Source: Tricharina praecox
Taxonomy: Eukaryota
DNA: 64,000 nucleotides
Reading direction: 5' to 3'
Assembly (NCBI RefSeq): GCF_024521635.1
Contig: NW_026250427.1
Coordinates: 62,001-126,000, forward strand
Shown here: in pieces, positions 1 through 12,886 of the stretch
How the letters are laid out: each line of letters starts with the position of its first letter
How positions within the stretch are numbered: the first letter of the stretch is position 1
Made by a program: the position numbers and the translations under genes
Notes under the pieces: model-generated
Databases searched by the model: none
Told to the model about the DNA's origin: nothing
The model's input: only the letters and a program-made list of their open reading frames with translations

Positions 1-3000
1 TGAACCAATCCGCTGACCTCATCTCCTATCCTGCCACGGTCCATGATCGACACAATCTTAAGCTGCATGCCTTGAGCAACCACAAGCACAGCGGCGCCTT
101 TGTTCTTGTCGCTTTGCATCTGGATCTGTGGGGCGATAAGTCGGACATGGAAGCTGTTCTGCGGAATGTAGTCCTCTGCCACGTCGCCTCCCAGGTCACC
201 CCGAGCAAGCCCCGTTGCGGCTTCGTCAAGTCCAGTTGTTTTGAACGACTGCTCGTCTGCCATAACAATCTTGATGTCGTCATTCAACAGCTGCTGGATC
301 CGGCTCTCCAATGTAGCACTATCAATCTGTTCATCCATATTGCATGGACCTGACGTTTTGAACTCGGTGCGTCCGGAGGTGGCCGGTTGGCTAGAGTTCT
401 TTTGCTCTTCGATGATGTCCAGAATGAACTTGATGGCCCTCCGCGACATGTAGTAGATGAAACCACGCCTCTGTCCAACCTGGTGGATATACTTGAGAAT
501 GATGTTCCTCAAAGGATTACTCCATTTCGCTTGCATGTTGTGCACGATAAACCGATTGTCGAAGTCACTGGCATAATCCGCAAACTGCGTCCCATCCATA
601 CCAGGAATTTCCGAATCCGAGTCGGAATCGGCATAGTTCTCATAATCCTGACGTCCGCTGCCTTTCTCCCCATCATCAAGCTTGCTCGATATTTTCCGCA
701 GCATGGTCTGCAAGAATTCTCGCATGTTGAAGAGAACAGAGCTCTGCTTGATGAGCCTGTCTGACTCGGCCTTAAGGTCGAGGTCATCGGGATTCAACTT
801 TGTGTGCAGGGCCAAGCTCTCGATGGCCTCCTGGTTCCAGCTCATCTGCTCGTTCACACGCTCCAACCGGGCCTGAACAAGGGCGCACTGGATCTCTCGT
901 GGATCGTTGTTCAACGACATGATGCAATCGTGCGTTGCCTCGTTACCGAACGGACTCAACGGGGAGATCTCGCCGGAATGATCCGTCTGTCGGAAGTATG
1001 TGAAGCGTGGAGCGTATGCAAGAGGCATGATCTTGGTTTTGGGCGTTTTCCCCTTGGACGTTTCCCAGTCCAATTCCACGAAGTCGTCCATATCGCTCCA
1101 GGTATAGTCGCTGTCGGTGACTGTGAACTGCGACAGGTCTCCAGTGTATCTGATCGTGTCGGACATGTAAAACGGTCCGTCGGAACCGTGACTCATGAGT
1201 TCCTCCAATGTCTCATGCTGCATGACGGCATGCACTGCTCGGATGTCCGCGGAGTGGAAGTCGAGCTCTGCTTGGTTGATCTTCATGCTTGTGCTTCCCG
1301 GGATGACAACTGATTCCTCGCGACGCATGTGGATATCCAGGAGGAACGTATCCAGTTTTGCCTTGAGACCAGTGGCAGCGACGATATCGTTGCCGGCTTC
1401 ATCTTTGTCATGGTATTTGTAAATGTGACTGATGAATAGCGGAGAGAGGCACAGCTTGTATTTGACCGTTGCGAGATGCCTTCCAAACTTCTTGGTCGAT
1501 TTCTCCGGGCCAGGCCATAATGGTCCTTGTCTGATGGGCAGCGACATGACGCCAGAAAACAATGACCACCATGCGAAGAAATGAGTGAAGAACTTCGGAG
1601 TGAGATGAATGGTATTGTAACTTGTAGGCGAGCTGGAATTGGCAGGAGACCAGTCCTTCTCTATCGGTGACACGATAGCCAGCGACAGATGCAAGTGATG
1701 ACTTCGGAATCCGCGGAACGCATCGTAAACCTGTTATCCATCATTAGCCTCTTATTGTAACCGTGAGTTCTGGGTACTGACCTCGCCCGGCGGCGCTTTC
1801 GCGTACTCTGGGGCCTTCAAAGTGACCTCATAATGGGGTTTGAACTCGAAAGACCGACTCCTCAACTTCCAGTCCTCCTCAAAGGATGTCTCTTGCTCGA
1901 ACATCAATCCAACAAGCCATCTGACACGACCCGAAAGCTTCATGATGACTTTCTTGAATTGCGCGAAATTGTCATAGCTACTCGTACTCTCGATGCTCCT
2001 CGTCTCAGGCAGGACGCCGATGTCGATATCATCCGCAACGTGGTTGGTGAAGTCTGGAATGGCGAGTACAAACACCTCACTGTCGACCTGGATAACCTTC
2101 CGTGGATCTTCGTGCACATTGAGGTCCCAGCGGACGTCACCCCTCCAGCACATTACGAATCCTGCGCCATCGCCAACCAAGCTGTAGGGATCCCTAGAGC
2201 CCTTCAGGGCTAGGTGAACATCGCCGTCACCTTCCCACGCCAGCGATATTTGCGAGTGGAGTATCAGTCGGATTTTATCCCAAAAACCTGTTCTCTCACT
2301 TGGGTCGACATGCGGTTTCGTAAACGTTTCGAAAACCATCATCATATCCTGGATTGCCGGTTGGTATGACGTACACCAACAGATGCGAGTGGCGTAACTT
2401 GTGTTGATCGAGACCTTGATGTCAGAGTACGATTTGACTGGCGAAACTGTTCTTCGCACGTCGATAGCAAAGCCGCCGTGTAGGATGCCGTCATCTCTCA
2501 CCGGAGGAACGATGTTCACCTTGGCTTGTCGCATTGATTCAGGGCCTCGGAACTCCTCGGCCAGTACGAAGTCTGCCTGTAGCATCCATGCGTGTCCTAG
2601 TTGTCCCACACGGGTGTGGGGTACATGGATGAACGGCAGTGGGTAGTCCCTGAGCAGTACTCTTCCTTCGTTGAAGGACAACTTAATGCTGAGCGGAACC
2701 AGTAGAGCAAACAGAGTGTCCTCTGGTAGCCCCTTTCCAACTCTGTGTAAGAACTTGGGTAACTCGCTGAGAGGGAATGATGGCTTGTCGACACCGATGG
2801 ACACGTCGTTGAAGAACGCAGCCATCAAAGATGGCCGCATCGGCAACCCAAGAATCGTCTCGGTCTCGACAGAATCTGTGGGTAGATCGTCATGGCCCCA
2901 AAACATTTCCCGTGCCTCGCCCATGCGAACCCGTTGCTGTTCCTTGGCCAACCTAATGCGTTTGATCCAGGCCACGGAGCTGAGTTCCTGAAGCCTTTCC

Positions 3001-6000
3001 CAGGCCTCCTGGATGGACACCGACGCATTACCGGAAGGACCGGCTGCACTCTCTGGATCGTAGCGCATGTTCTTGCCGCCGAGCGGTGGCGCTGCCGACT
3101 GTTGTCTGCTTTTTGGTCGCAGGCTGTTTGCCAGAGTGGACTCCTGCCTCCAAGTCCGGGCCCTGGTGCGGAATCGGTGTGATTCGGCAGCGGCGGGTGC
3201 GTTTGTCCGGTTGGCTTCACCGGATCTCCTCCTCTCCTGCTCTTCCATCTTCTTGACCTTGGCCTCGAATGCTGATTCTCTAGCAAGTCTCTTCTTCTGC
3301 TCCGCTACACCAACTCGATAAATCAAGCCCAGTTTAGCCTCGAAGGGATCATCCTCCAGTTCCAGCAGCAACGCTTTGGTCTTGAGAGATACTTTGGGCA
3401 CAATCTTCGCGCCCTCGGGCTTCTTCTCCAAGATGTATTCGTTGGTGCCAGTCTTGAAGCGATGGTGCATCTGCTGGCAAGCTTTGACAGTGTTGAGGAC
3501 ATTATCGGTAACCTTGTACAATGTCATCTGGTGAGGGATCGCAATTCGGATGGCGTCGGCCGACAAATCGATTGACTTCTCGTCCGTGACTTTCTCCTCC
3601 GATCGTCTCTTGACTTCACGGAGATCAAGCCGGAAGTGCCTCAAGCTGATGAGCCTCGCCCAACAGCTCTTGACCTTAGGAGACTCGGCATAGACTCGGC
3701 AATGTTTCGTCTTGAGGAACGGGAATCCCCACCGGTGGCGTCCAGTGTCCAGCTGATGTATTTCCAACATCATCGGAGGATCGTTGGGCATGCTGGCTTT
3801 GATCTTCACATATTGCAGTTTCACATCGACACTGACGAATTCGATTTCCTCGTCCTCCCATTCCGGGACTTCCACGGACTCCTTGTCGCTGCATCGTTGA
3901 GTGTGGAGCTCGTGGTCAACCGCGTGTTGTGTTGACTGGGCATTAACACCGGCTGCTCTTGCCATGCCTCCGAAGGATTCACGCAGAACCTGGGCGGCAA
4001 CGATGACACTGTAGTGGCGGTACATCGAGTAGTTGAGGAAGAATGACTTCGAAAACGAGCTGATATGGAGGACGGGGCCTTCGGCGTCATTGCTGGTGGC
4101 GAACGCGAGATCGAAATGAGGAAGTTGCATGAATGGCTCCTGCTCCCAGGAATCCGGGCCATCGACCATGAACGCTTCCAACCCGCGAAGATGCAAACTC
4201 AGCTTCCGGCCATCGGTGGCATTCTTGGAAGAACCCGCCGGTTTCGACGACTTGGGCTTATGTTGATCGTCTTTTGACATGGTGGACAGCGTCCTAGAGG
4301 TAGCTCGACGCCGAGGAGTCGGGCGGTAGTTGTTGTCTCCTCTCTTGCACTTGTATTCGATAGTCAAACTGTCCATCTGTATTGCCGTTCCCCTCGTAAA
4401 CTCGGAGATCTCCGCGTCGACACCTGCCACTTCGATGCTGAAGTCATTACATTCCAGCTTGAACTGCTCGAGCCACAACGGAACCCTTCGCAGAAATTTC
4501 TGCTTTGTGCCTGAAGATTTCGGATGACGGAGTTTGTCGGGCATGTAATCGCCTTGGAACTGAGACATCATTTGTTTGAGACCGCTAACGATCTCCGGAC
4601 GAGCAAGTCTTAACGAGAACGATGAGAGATATGCAGTGCAGATGACCTGGACTTCGGGCGAGGCGTTAAGCTGTGCTTTGAGGTCGAACGTCTCGGTCTG
4701 CAGAAGGTCATGGTGCATTCCGCCGGCTGCCCGATAGTACAAGCTGTGGGATGTGATGCGGAGGCCTGCGTCGAGTGAATAGCGTGACTGGCCTTCCGCG
4801 TCGTGCGATGCCTCCATGTCGACGGAGATGGACGACATGCTCGATATAAGCATATCCATATCTTGGACTCCGGGATCGGTGGATGGCAGCACAATCCTCA
4901 TGACGGGCTCCTGGATGGATAGCTTGACGCTTGCCTTGGGAAGGAGTCTCGAGATAATGTGCGCGCGACCTCCTGACGCCTTGGACTTGCGCTTCGGTCT
5001 GGACTGCATGAATGCGACAATAAGAGGCAGATGCCTGGGCTTCAAATCGATCGACGGCGAGGTAACGACAACGTTGGCCGAGAGGATGTTGGCATTGCGA
5101 TCAGACTCCAGAGCTTCCATTATCTGCATCGTCTTGCAGAAGAGTGTTGTCCTCGAGGTCATCGTCAAGATCGGAATGTATAGGATCTTATCCTGCCGAG
5201 CACCATCATTGAGACTAACAGTGATTGCGATGGCAGCGAGAAGGGCCTGATGCGCGATGTCGTTTGGTGAAAAGTACCTGCAGTGTGATCAGCAACAAGC
5301 CAGGGAAATGGGGATCGATGGGTCACCGTACATTCTATGAGCTGGGCTCTTCTGATCCAACTGGTGTATATCCATTCCGAACTCCTTCAGGCCCAAGGAT
5401 ACCACCAATGGTCGTCCCATCGGCTGAATGTTGGGTATCTCCTTCGAGACCACAAGATAGCCGATGGCGAATTGGATCTCCTTGACGCCCTTCAGAAGAC
5501 TGTTCAGGATCTCCCTATTCTCCATCACAGCTTCCGTCACCCTCTGTGTCCGGCTTCCCGGCATTTCCGCCTCTTCCATAAGAGTGTCCATCGATGCTAC
5601 CTTGGGCTTGTTCTTCATCTTGCCATCCCTCTGAAGGGCCTTCAATCTCTCGGCATAGGCCAAGAGCTCGTCGCAGGGTACTGTAACTCGACCGAATTTG
5701 AATGCGACCGCTACATCTCGCAGACCATCCACACCATCCTCGACAACACCATAGATATTCAGGATTGAGTGATCCAACAATTCGACTGGATCTTTCTTAG
5801 CGGTGATGAACAGGACACTCTTGGTCGCCATGATCCATTCGATCGGCTGCTGTCCCTCCTTCAGTTCCGTACGATCAAACATCGGGTTCCGGTTCGCGGT
5901 GCCGCTTCTCGTGTCGACCATCAGCGTGATGGAGCCGACCTGGATACTTCCGACTTCGGCAATCGTGAGGACGACATCGGTGACGACGATATCGACCAAT

Positions 6001-6545
6001 CGGATCCATTTGATCCACTTGTGAGCTTTTTTGAGGGCGTTCTTCAGCTTTTGAATCTTCTCCTCGGTGTTAGGCTTCGCGGGTGTGCTCTCCTCCACCG
6101 TGACATTCTCCCCTCCGACCCCCGCCCCTTCCTCGGCCATCACATTCCTCCGAGTAGTTCCCCGTCTATTCCGTAACCCCCTATTCTTACCATCCGCTCC
6201 CTCGCCGACGCCGACGCTGGCCGCATTCTCCTCCGGCAATCCATCTCCTCTCTGCCGCAGGTCCAGAGTCACGCGTGGCTCCTGAACAACGATCGACACC
6301 CAGGTAGGCTTCGCGAACGTCGGCCAATGTAGCAGTATCCCCAGCTTCCTTACTTCCAGCTTCACGCCGTCCGCCGGCTCGAAGGAGATGCGTTTGATCG
6401 AGAGGTATCCGGGCCGCTGAATCGAGATTCCCGCAACGACGCGAAGAACGGCAAAGACCACGAATGCGCAGACGACCGACACGGCAAAGGAGCCCACGAG
6501 TATTGTTGCGAGCGTCTTTACTATCGGGGGTGCTGGCATCGACAT
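1..6545 (-). CDS. FMP27: FMP27/Hobbit (BLTP2) bridge-like lipid transfer protein, 3' end outside window
   Basis: Exons 6545-5332, 5277-1782, 1730-<1. Introns 5331-5278 (GTACGG..GCTGAT..CAG) and 1781-1731 (GTCAGT..GCTAAT..CAG) join the ORFs in frame. N-terminal hydrophobic anchor; motifs RTGFWDKIRLILH, LELEDDPFEAKLGLIY, SLPIRQGPLWPG...KKFGRHL. No stop seen before the window edge. Confidence 0.93.
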
Positions 6546-7828
6546 GTTGATGCGGGTGCTTGTGGTGGTAACGAAGGTGGCATGTAGATAGGAAGAACTC
6601 TAATTCTCTGTCTCTTTCTCCCTCTCTTTCTCTTTCTTTCTCTCTCTCTCTCTTGCTCTCGACTGCTCGCGTTCCGTGTTTCGTAATCTGTAAAAGTATC
6701 CCTTCCCCTAAATTCTAAAGCTGGGAACCTTGTCCGGTAACTTGCAGAGCTTGGGTCCGCGCGCACCAAGCCTTCCTTGAGAAGAAGCACGGGCCGCCTT
6801 GCGCAGGGGTGGGCGAACTGGTAACGGCCCCCACCACCACGGTAAACCGAGTCTTCAACACCACGGAAATTCATCATGATGACCGCTGGATACCAATGTA
6901 CCACCCGGCGAAGCTTTCATCAAACAGAAAACTAAAGGCCCGATCCCGCAGCGCTCCCTTTCGCTCCCCGTCCCCCGCACTCAAACCGCCAGCGATGTTG
7001 AGTCTAGCACCCAGGCAGGCACGTGAGCGCCTTCGACATCACTCGGACCTAGCGTCCGAGTCCACCGGCCCGACCGACGGCCTACCCAGGTATCATGAGA
7101 CCTCGCAGTCGTCGCCGATAAACGTCGAGAGTGTCCCTCGCTCATCCTGACGACGGGACTCGAAGCGCGACATCTCGAAGCAAAGCTTGCCGAACCGGCA
7201 AGCGTCTCTCTTCACCATCCGTGCTCCTTGCCGGGACAAAGGTTGAGAGTTGGTGAGTTTCCAAGCCTTGCTTGCTGGTCATTCGAGGTGTAGAATACCT
7301 GCTTGAATAATCATTGGACGTTGTCTACACAGCGTTTGTGTACGGTGTGTAGAGAACTCCTCTTGGAATGGAGAGCCGATGTCCAACTCCACATTCAAGC
7401 CCAACGGCTTGGCTCCCGCAAGAGTGCTGGCGGGCAGTGATGGACCGTGATCGGTATGGCACGTAAAGCAAAGCAAGTAAAGCACGGCTTCCACCTCCGG
7501 GTGTCAAAGAGCCTTTACTCTACAGTTCTCGTACATAGGCGGTGGATCCGAGGTGCAGAGTAGCCACCGGTGCACGGACGACGCACGACTCTCTCGTCGT
7601 CCGCCCCCAAGCTGTGGAAAAAAAACCAATCTTCTCGCGCCTCTACGACGCCGGTTGATCCCAATCTCACCGAAAGTTTTGGCCCTCCTCTTTCACGATT
7701 CGGGGTCGAAGTTGCTGCGCTGGTAGGTACCCGTGCGTACCGGTATCGAGTCGGATCGGATCACGACATCTCACCCACCCACTTCCGTTCCGCCTTCCCG
7801 GTCCACGGTGAAACAGGAACAAAAGGCT

Positions 7829-8020
7829 TAACTTCAACTGCCTGGGCGGAGGACAAAGGAAAGTCACTTCCGGCTGGTTTTCGGGGTATATACCTTGGCG
7901 GGTTAACTAGTGGGGGAACCGGTTCTCGTTCTCGTATCCACCATGATCTACACAAGGTCCGAGCCGAACACGATGATGTTTAAATAAAAAGAATAAAAAG
8001 GAACAAAATAGGAACAAAAA
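7829..8020 (+). mobile_element. Short 5'-truncated LINE 3'-end copy (or LINE-tailed SINE) with A-rich tail
   Basis: Aligns by eye to the LINE 3' UTR at 62432-62570 (minus): gcctgggcggaggacaaaggaaag vs gccgggacggagggcagggaaag; agtgggggaaccgg vs agtgggatggaaccgg; ccatgatctac; acgatgatg then A-rich tail. Imperfect flanking direct repeat aaacaggaacaaaaggct (7811-7828) / aaataggaacaaaaaagct (8006-8024). Confidence 0.7.
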
Positions 8021-9490
8021 AGCTGGATCACTCGGGGGGCGAATGCGAAATATGGCCCGGACCTCATGGTCCCATTCACAATGTCCGGCTGCCCCCTTTC
8101 GAACCCCAGTAGGTACTCTACATACATCCATTCCGCCTTGACATCATTCGCAAGTTCGCAACGGGGGATCCGTTCTGGATTTTGGAATGAACAACTGCTC
8201 GAGAATCGAGTAGTCATCGCCACTCCTGCACTGTATTCCATCACTTTTGAGGGGCTCAGCGGCAATGATCACAATCATCAGCGGCTGTGGTCTCCTGTTT
8301 GATCCTCCCGGCAACCACAGCCGACTCACGTACTAGCTGTCATAGCGAAATATTGTCCGAGCTCGTTCTGAAATTCAACCCCCTAAAGTCGAACAAAGGG
8401 ATGATGATGCCAGGAGTGATCGGCGACAGCTTCAACGGTCACCTACATAGCCCTCGGATTTCTATTGTCCCATAAAGTCTCAACGTAGGTACGACATTTG
8501 TACGGTCGAGCGATTCCGCAATCCTAAGAACCCTTGGAGTTCAATTATGGAGGTTGCCTGTACGGGAGCTGCATATCGATGTTTTTTTGAGCTGTCGCGG
8601 AAGGAGACGAGTGAACCCACATGACGCCGCATGCCCATGACCCCATCCGATCCGATCCTTCAACTCCACTTCCAGGCAACCCGGCTTCCTACTCCGAGGA
8701 CTTATCACTCGGACTTGGAAGAGAGAGTGTGTGCGCGCTTCGGAGAGAACCCGGGGCGTGGAACAAGCGTGGAATGAATGGATCCCGGCGAGGTGGCGTG
8801 AACACTGAAGTGCCGTTAGACGAGAGAAAAACGAGGCTGACGGTTGACTTCACCCTTCTCTTCTCCGTCATTATACGACTTACCCCCGCCTCACTTTTGA
8901 GACTGGCACTTCCAAGTAGAGCAGCCCACTCTTCCAAGTACTCCATAGTCGTCGGTACATATTATTTGGTGCACCTATGCTCTCCTACGCCCGATCTTCC
9001 AAGTCCATACGCTCTCCGCTCACTCCCACTGGCCGGCTTCACACAACCCCCGCCTCTCACCAATTATCTTCGCCTCAATTCGCGTGGCCGCCCAATAATG
9101 CCGCCATCTTGCCGTGCCGTACCGGATGTGCCGGATTTACCCTCCGCCCTCGGACACGGTTTTCCATGTCAGATTTCCATCCATCCGACATCTAAGCTGT
9201 CTACGGCACCTACTGTTCAATCACAGCAGCCTCGTTCCCCAAGAATACGGCTGACCGGCCGCCCATCCCAGCCGTCCCGTGCCCCCCCTCCCCCCGGGCC
9301 TGCCCCCCGGCCCGCCCACAGATGTGAAAAGTCGCATCCCCGCCTCGGTACATGTACATACATACATAGAGTACTATACCGTACATACTCCCACCATGGT
9401 GCTGGCACCTACCTATGAATACTGATGCCACCGTTGTCATGTACGATACATACGATTCCGATGACCGGGTACATCGTACAGCACCGTGTC

Positions 9491-9557
9491 GTGTCATAGG
9501 TGTCATAGATGATAGGTGTCATAGATGATAGGTGTCATAGATGATAGGTGTCATAGG
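9491..9557. repeat. 16-bp tandem repeat (GTGTCATAGATGATAG) x3 plus partial units
   Basis: Directly visible tandem units. Confidence 0.9.
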
Positions 9558-10274
9558 TAAGGCGGGCGAAGCCGAGATTCCGGCTCCTAGGCTCGTGCTG
9601 TATCGTTGTGGAAGTGATTATCCGGGGGGAGGGGAGGGGAAAGGGATTCCCTGGAGAGAAATAGGGCTGTCGAAATGAGCCGAATCATACGGCGTCACTC
9701 GGGGCCGACACGTCACGGACGGCTGGGTGGGTACTCTATACCCTATGCTACCCTGGTGCGGTGGTGATTGTTCCGACCAGTTCCGTGGCACGCCGCTTCG
9801 CGTGTGCTGGGGGGTATTGGCTGGCTGGAGATTGCAGGAAGTGAAGTGGGTATCTACAATACAAGCATCGAAGTCAGGTATCTCGGTGTATCACTCGATT
9901 TCTCACCGATCTTTGCTCTCTCTCTCTCTCCCTCTCTCCAGCACACGTGCACTCTCCCTCGCGGCGGCGGGGGAAGTTGTATTGCCGCATCGAGCGTATT
10001 CCCAGGCGGCAGAGATAATACCCGGAGCGTACGCCGTACCGTGTGTACCTGCCACGACCAGGTCGTGTGCCAATATGGGATGAAAACGGAACACAAGCAA
10101 TTGCACCATCCTGATCCTCGGTCTTTCCGACTGCCTCCCAACTACAGCTATATGCTGGAGTCTGGAGTCTGGAATCTGCCTGGCCTCAACACGACGGCTT
10201 GCATGTACAAAGTACTCTACATACCGTATCACATCTCATGACCATGACCATCCACATCCGAGCCATAGTGAGTG

Positions 10275-10275
<1 letters not shown>

Positions 10276-10310
<35 letters not shown>
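10276..10310. repeat. (CA)17 microsatellite
   Basis: Directly visible. Confidence 0.95.
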
Positions 10311-10312
<2 letters not shown>

Positions 10313-10993
10313 CCATATCCCAATCTGGGAGATGGCTGTTCCGTCGATGGTCTCAGATGGGGGAGATTCCGGTAGATAGAGTGGGTTGTGGATATGGGAT
10401 GCGGGATGGGGGCTGGATGTATGTACCAGTACCAATGCTGAGAGGTTGAGAGGTTGAGAGGTTCCTCGGCGACGGATTGATGTCCGCCCTGGAACCTGGG
10501 CTCGGTGGGGGCGAGAGCGGGCTTGGCACGGCCACGGGCAAGTACCTGGACCATCGTGCTATGGCGACGTCCATGTTCGGACTCCGGGTTCAAAGGGTTC
10601 GAAGAAACGAACTCGGTATGCGAGCCCTCGGGATGGACGTCTCGCAGCTCCGGATGAGGATCCGGCTGCTCGGCGGTAACCACGGTACCTTCGCCCATGT
10701 GATGCTCACCCGCTCGGCCTGCCGTCCGATGTCCGTCTGAGCTGTTAAGCTGCTGCGCCGCCTCCGCAATACGCAACATCCACGCAGCCCGATCCCGCGT
10801 TTTGGTTTGCCGTCTCCAGTAGGTGTGCATAGGAAGGTATATCGATCGACGCACGTAAGATTCGCGGTTTCGTAGTCAGCTCGTATCGGCGTCGAATCTG
10901 GTGTTCCCATCCTTATCCGCATCGTTATCAGGAAGGAAGGAAGGAAGGAGCTGGTTCCAAGCTGCAGTGAGCGATAGACAATTCTTCGAGAAT

Positions 10994-11197
10994 CAATGGC
11001 AATGGCAACAGCAACTATCAATAGCGACCGTCAATGGCAACAGCAAATGTCAACGGTCAATGGCAACGGTCAATGGCAACGGCAGCTGACAACAGTAACG
11101 GCAACAGCAACTGTCAATAGCAACTAACAATCGCAACTGTCAATGGCAACGACCATAGCAACTGGTAACAGCAACACCAACACCAACAGTAACTGAC
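10994..11197. repeat. Degenerate minisatellite built from GGCAAC/GTCAAT units
   Basis: Recurrent ggcaacggtcaat, agcaactgtcaat and related variants over about 200 bp. Confidence 0.7.
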
Positions 11198-12084
11198 GAT
11201 TCCAGCATGCGGACTCCGGCGAGATATCCGTCCGCCACCCACCACCTTCCGTGGGATTGATCATTGGCCGGAATGGCCGGTACGGTACAGTATTTATGTT
11301 TACGCGTCCCTTTGGACGGCGACTGCGCCGCCTATGCATGCGCTGTATGCTTGGCTATAACTGTGGCGTGGTTATACATCTTTCCACCACTCACCGTCCG
11401 CATCAAACTTCGTCCTGCAGACCTGTGGACATGCGGACCTGCGGTCATGTTCGATGGCAAACCATATGCATACGGCACTCTACAGTCAAGTGAGCACTGA
11501 GATTGAGGCTGTAAGAGTCAACTGCCTACTTTTCAAACTCCGCCCAGTGCCCAGTGCCCAGTGTCCAGTGCCAAACATGCATGACGTCTGACATTCCACG
11601 AACCCACCCACCCTGCTCAGATATAGAGTATACTTCCCGGTGGTGATCGGAAGCGATCACCAGACATCTATATGGCAGACTTCTCGAAGCTTGAGCACTG
11701 CCTGCCGCGCGGCAGTACATCATCTTTTGTGTGATAGTCGGACAGAGGCCTTTGAAGTTCTTGAGGTTCTCGAGTTTTTCTCCAAGGTAATTGCTCTAGC
11801 GCTGACGACGAAAGTCTACATACTTCAACTAGCGTTTGAGGATCGTTTTCCATTCGCCAATCCATCCATTCGCCAATCCATTCGCCAATATATTCGCCAA
11901 GGGCAAACCATATGTAAATGTGGACAGTGGACAGCGGATAGTGGACAGTGGGCAGTGGACGGTGGCGGGCTCTTCTCCGAATATGTTTGTACCACGGTAT
12001 TTACCACGGCATGTACCACGGTATAGTAGGCTGATGGAGCCTAACTGCAGTACATGGCTGTGGCAGCCAAGCACTGATATAATA

Positions 12085-12886
12085 GAGGTCCTCAAACCTT
12101 GCCGGGTGATCTGGCCGGCCGGAAACTCATCAAGACAGATTGACCAATAACGATTTCCTGCCATGAAATTCGGGTTTGGGGACCTTGCCCTGCGGGGCTG
12201 GCTGGCCAGGTGAGTAGCTCCGAGTATATCCAGGGTACATCCCGGACTTCTGAGCCCTTTCTACACCACCTAGTCCTCCTGCCCGCTGACTGGAGTCAAT
12301 CCTGCTCGGTGATTGAAGTCATTACTTTAATGACTCCAACTGTCGAGTTGATTGACTCTTGCAATGCTTCCTGGGTAACTGGAGTCAATCCTGCTCGGTG
12401 ATTGAAGTCATTACTTTAATGACTCCAACTGTCGAGTTGATTGACTCTTGCAATGCTTCCTGAGTAACTGCCAATAGTCTAAGGCCAATGATATCCGTAC
12501 CGATACTAGTGTATTCCCATGTGTATGAGGTATGTCGCCAGCTTGCTGGGTGCAACACTCCGTCGCTTGCTGAGTTGCACATCCTCTTCGCCATCATCGG
12601 GTTCGAAAATGGAGTTTAAGCGCGGATGTTGGAGTCGAGCAACTCGAGCACAAATTTTCTTGTAGATACAGTCTAGTTCTTGATCCCGGAAACTACTCAC
12701 AACCCACCTATCCATTACGGCGAACTAAAGGCGAACTAAAGGCGAGGTAGAGTTTCTGAAGTCACCCAGACGACTTTTTCTGAGCTGGAGGAAGTAGCGG
12801 TGCCGGGAAACCTGAAAGATCGCCAAACCAATAGAAACACCTAATCACCTAGCCGGCCAGGTCACCCAGCAAGGTTTGAGGACCTC
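12085..12886. mobile_element. Non-autonomous DNA transposon/MITE, about 800 bp, about 35-bp TIRs, TA flanks
   Basis: Left end gaggtcctcaaaccttgccgggtgatctggccggc; reverse complement of right end gaggtcctcaaaccttgctgggtgacctggccggc (2 mismatches). TA at 12083-12084 and 12887-12888. No recognisable transposase inside. Confidence 0.85.
12289..12470. repeat. 89-bp tandem duplication inside the MITE
   Basis: actggagtcaatcctgctcgg...gcttcctg(g/a)gta repeated with period 89 and one visible mismatch. Confidence 0.92.

Noticed and set aside
7505..7525. GCCTTTAC resembling the U5 snRNA loop 1
   Set aside because: One U short of the invariant GCCUUUUAC, and no convincing U5 stem or Sm site.
8021..8115. 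Minus-strand hairpin-like stretch with GGTTCGAA and a terminal T-run (Pol III RNA or tRNA?)
   Set aside because: No cloverleaf or A-box, and the T-run is the complement of the adjacent retroposon A-tail.
8621..9418. 265-aa plus-strand ORF in the large intergenic region
   Set aside because: Low-complexity, no recognisable domain or gene-like structure; expected by chance in GC-rich DNA.
10186..10854. 222-aa minus ORF and GC-rich coding-like patch at about 10480-10800
   Set aside because: Runs through a (CA)n microsatellite, and none of the frames I translated gave a recognisable protein motif.
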